Part shown: piece by piece, positions 62,701 to 64,000 of the stretch
How the letters are laid out: every line of letters begins with the position of its first letter
How positions within the stretch are numbered: the first letter of the stretch is position 1
Assembly: GCA_973895155.1 (NCBI GenBank)
Contig: OZ316891.1
Span: 7,247,808-7,311,807, forward strand
Source: Marsupella aquatica
Lineage: Eukaryota; Plantae; Marchantiophyta
Reading direction: 5' to 3'
DNA: 64,000 nucleotides
The notes under the pieces: model-generated
Seen by the model: only the letters and a program-made list of their open reading frames with translations
Told to the model about the DNA's origin: nothing
The model's database searches: none
Program-made: the position numbers and the translations under genes

Positions 62701-63857
62701 CGAAGTGCCGCACCAACCCTCAACGGAAAATCAAGCAAGCTGGCTTCCGCTCCATGAAAGACGTCCTGGATGGGGAAGGGAATTTTATTACCTGGGAGGA
62801 TGGTCCTTGTGCGATTTTTTTCATGGAGGCAACTCTACCTGACGGGATTCTTTACATCTGGGAGTACCTCACACAGAGGAGGTACATCATGACCCAATGG
62901 CAACAATTCCGGGATGCATCCGTCCCCAAGAGAACATTCAATGTATCGAACGGCTGCCTATCTAGAATTGATAATGCTCCTCCACCTACAGGGACTCTTT
63001 TACACAGGGTGATGGTTCGGCAGCAAAACACCAGCGTAACTCTCCTCCTGAGAATTGGGCGTCCCACCGGAACCCTCACACCATTGCTACAATACGAATG
63101 GAAAGACGGCAAATCCTTCTTGGACACGACCATTGCACAATTGAGGGAGATTCAAGGACGGCCAGCAGATTTTGCACACAAGGCTATCCGCAAATGGGCG
63201 AGCAGGTTGAATTGGAGCCCCAACCTCCCTCACCTTTGGGCTAACACCTGGCTTCCTTTCCGCTGTGCCAGCGAGAACTGTTATTTGTGGCAGCTCATAC
63301 ATAGAATACCCACCACACAACATTGGAGGTTCCCCACACTTCCTCCAACTGACCCTACCACCTGGTGTACCAGATGTGGGAGGAATCAGCAGGAGGACAT
63401 CGTTCATTGCATATGGAATTGCGAGTTGTCACAGGCAGTTTGGAGTTGGGTACAAAACATTCTACAACTCTGCGCTTTCTCCAGGAGTACTCCGGTCCAA
63501 CTGCAACCCATACACATTTTCGTGGGAGCAGGCGTACCGGATGAATGGGATATTCCCGCAAAGCTTTGGCACATCCTAAGGGCTATCACTTGCTGGCAAG
63601 TATGGAAAGAACGTTGTACCCACTACATAGAGCATACACACCCCAACACGTACACTGTCATTAGGAAGACCTGGCATCGTCTCGGTATCTACATCAGGCG
63701 TGACTGGGCACGACATCGAGCCAGGATCCGGGTTGGGAAATCCACTTTTGTTGAGGCACATCACCAGATGTGCCAGGATTTTGGTACCTGGGATGGACTA
63801 TGGAAGATCCATGAAAACATTCTCCAAGTCCCACCAGTTCCCCCGTGCCCTCCGTGA
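59664..63857 (+). pseudogene. LINE ORF2: AP endonuclease, reverse transcriptase and zf-RVT; one TAG at 60531-60533
   Basis: TYNLRGL, LCIQEH, IYAPN, LGDFN, RLDRIY, SDHAPV, PGPDG, RPITLLN, LDITKAFD, VRQGCPLSP, LFADD, CTRC..EDIVHCIWNC. Confidence 0.95.
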
Positions 63858-64000
63858 TTTCCGTGAGCCTTGCTGGGTTAGGGGCTGTATTGCAGGTAGA
63901 CTGGTAGGATTATCTCTATCTTGGATCCACTGCAGGGGACCTCGCCGGTCCCTGGGCACTGGCCAGTCTTCGGAGTTTTGCTCCTCCTTCTGTAGTTTTC

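Larger units (their letters stand above)
57560..64000 (+). mobile_element. LINE (L1-superfamily non-LTR retrotransposon), near full length; 3' end beyond the window, 5' boundary approximate
   Basis: ORF1 with a zinc knuckle followed by ORF2 with EN-RT-zf-RVT. Confidence 0.9.

Overview
Nuclear genomic DNA from a land plant, most likely one with flagellated sperm (bryophyte, lycophyte or fern; inferred from spliceosomal introns, a P-class PPR gene and ciliary genes). Bases 1-11896 are the right-hand part of a CACTA (En/Spm) DNA transposon: TIR ...TCGGATTCTTCTAGTG, a GTCAC subterminal array, a TnpD-like transposase and a multi-exon TnpA-like ORF2 disrupted by a MITE with an 8-bp TSD. Directly upstream of the transposase, on the same strand and with no left TIR in between, lie two stand-alone genes built from host-like domains: an EDM2-type composite PHD (histone-reader) module and a tandem BRCT protein resembling the BRCT of plant DNA polymerase lambda. 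This is the main candidate novel system: a transposon apparently carrying its own chromatin reader and a DNA-repair adaptor. The rest of the window holds a head-to-head pair of putative ciliary genes (CFAP73/CCDC42-like and FAM228-like), a P-class PPR gene, three Copia solo LTRs, an atypical SDR ending in a PTS1, a full-length but mutated Tnt1/Tork-like Copia element, an RS-rich conserved gene and a near-complete LINE. Family assignments come from motif recall, not database searches.
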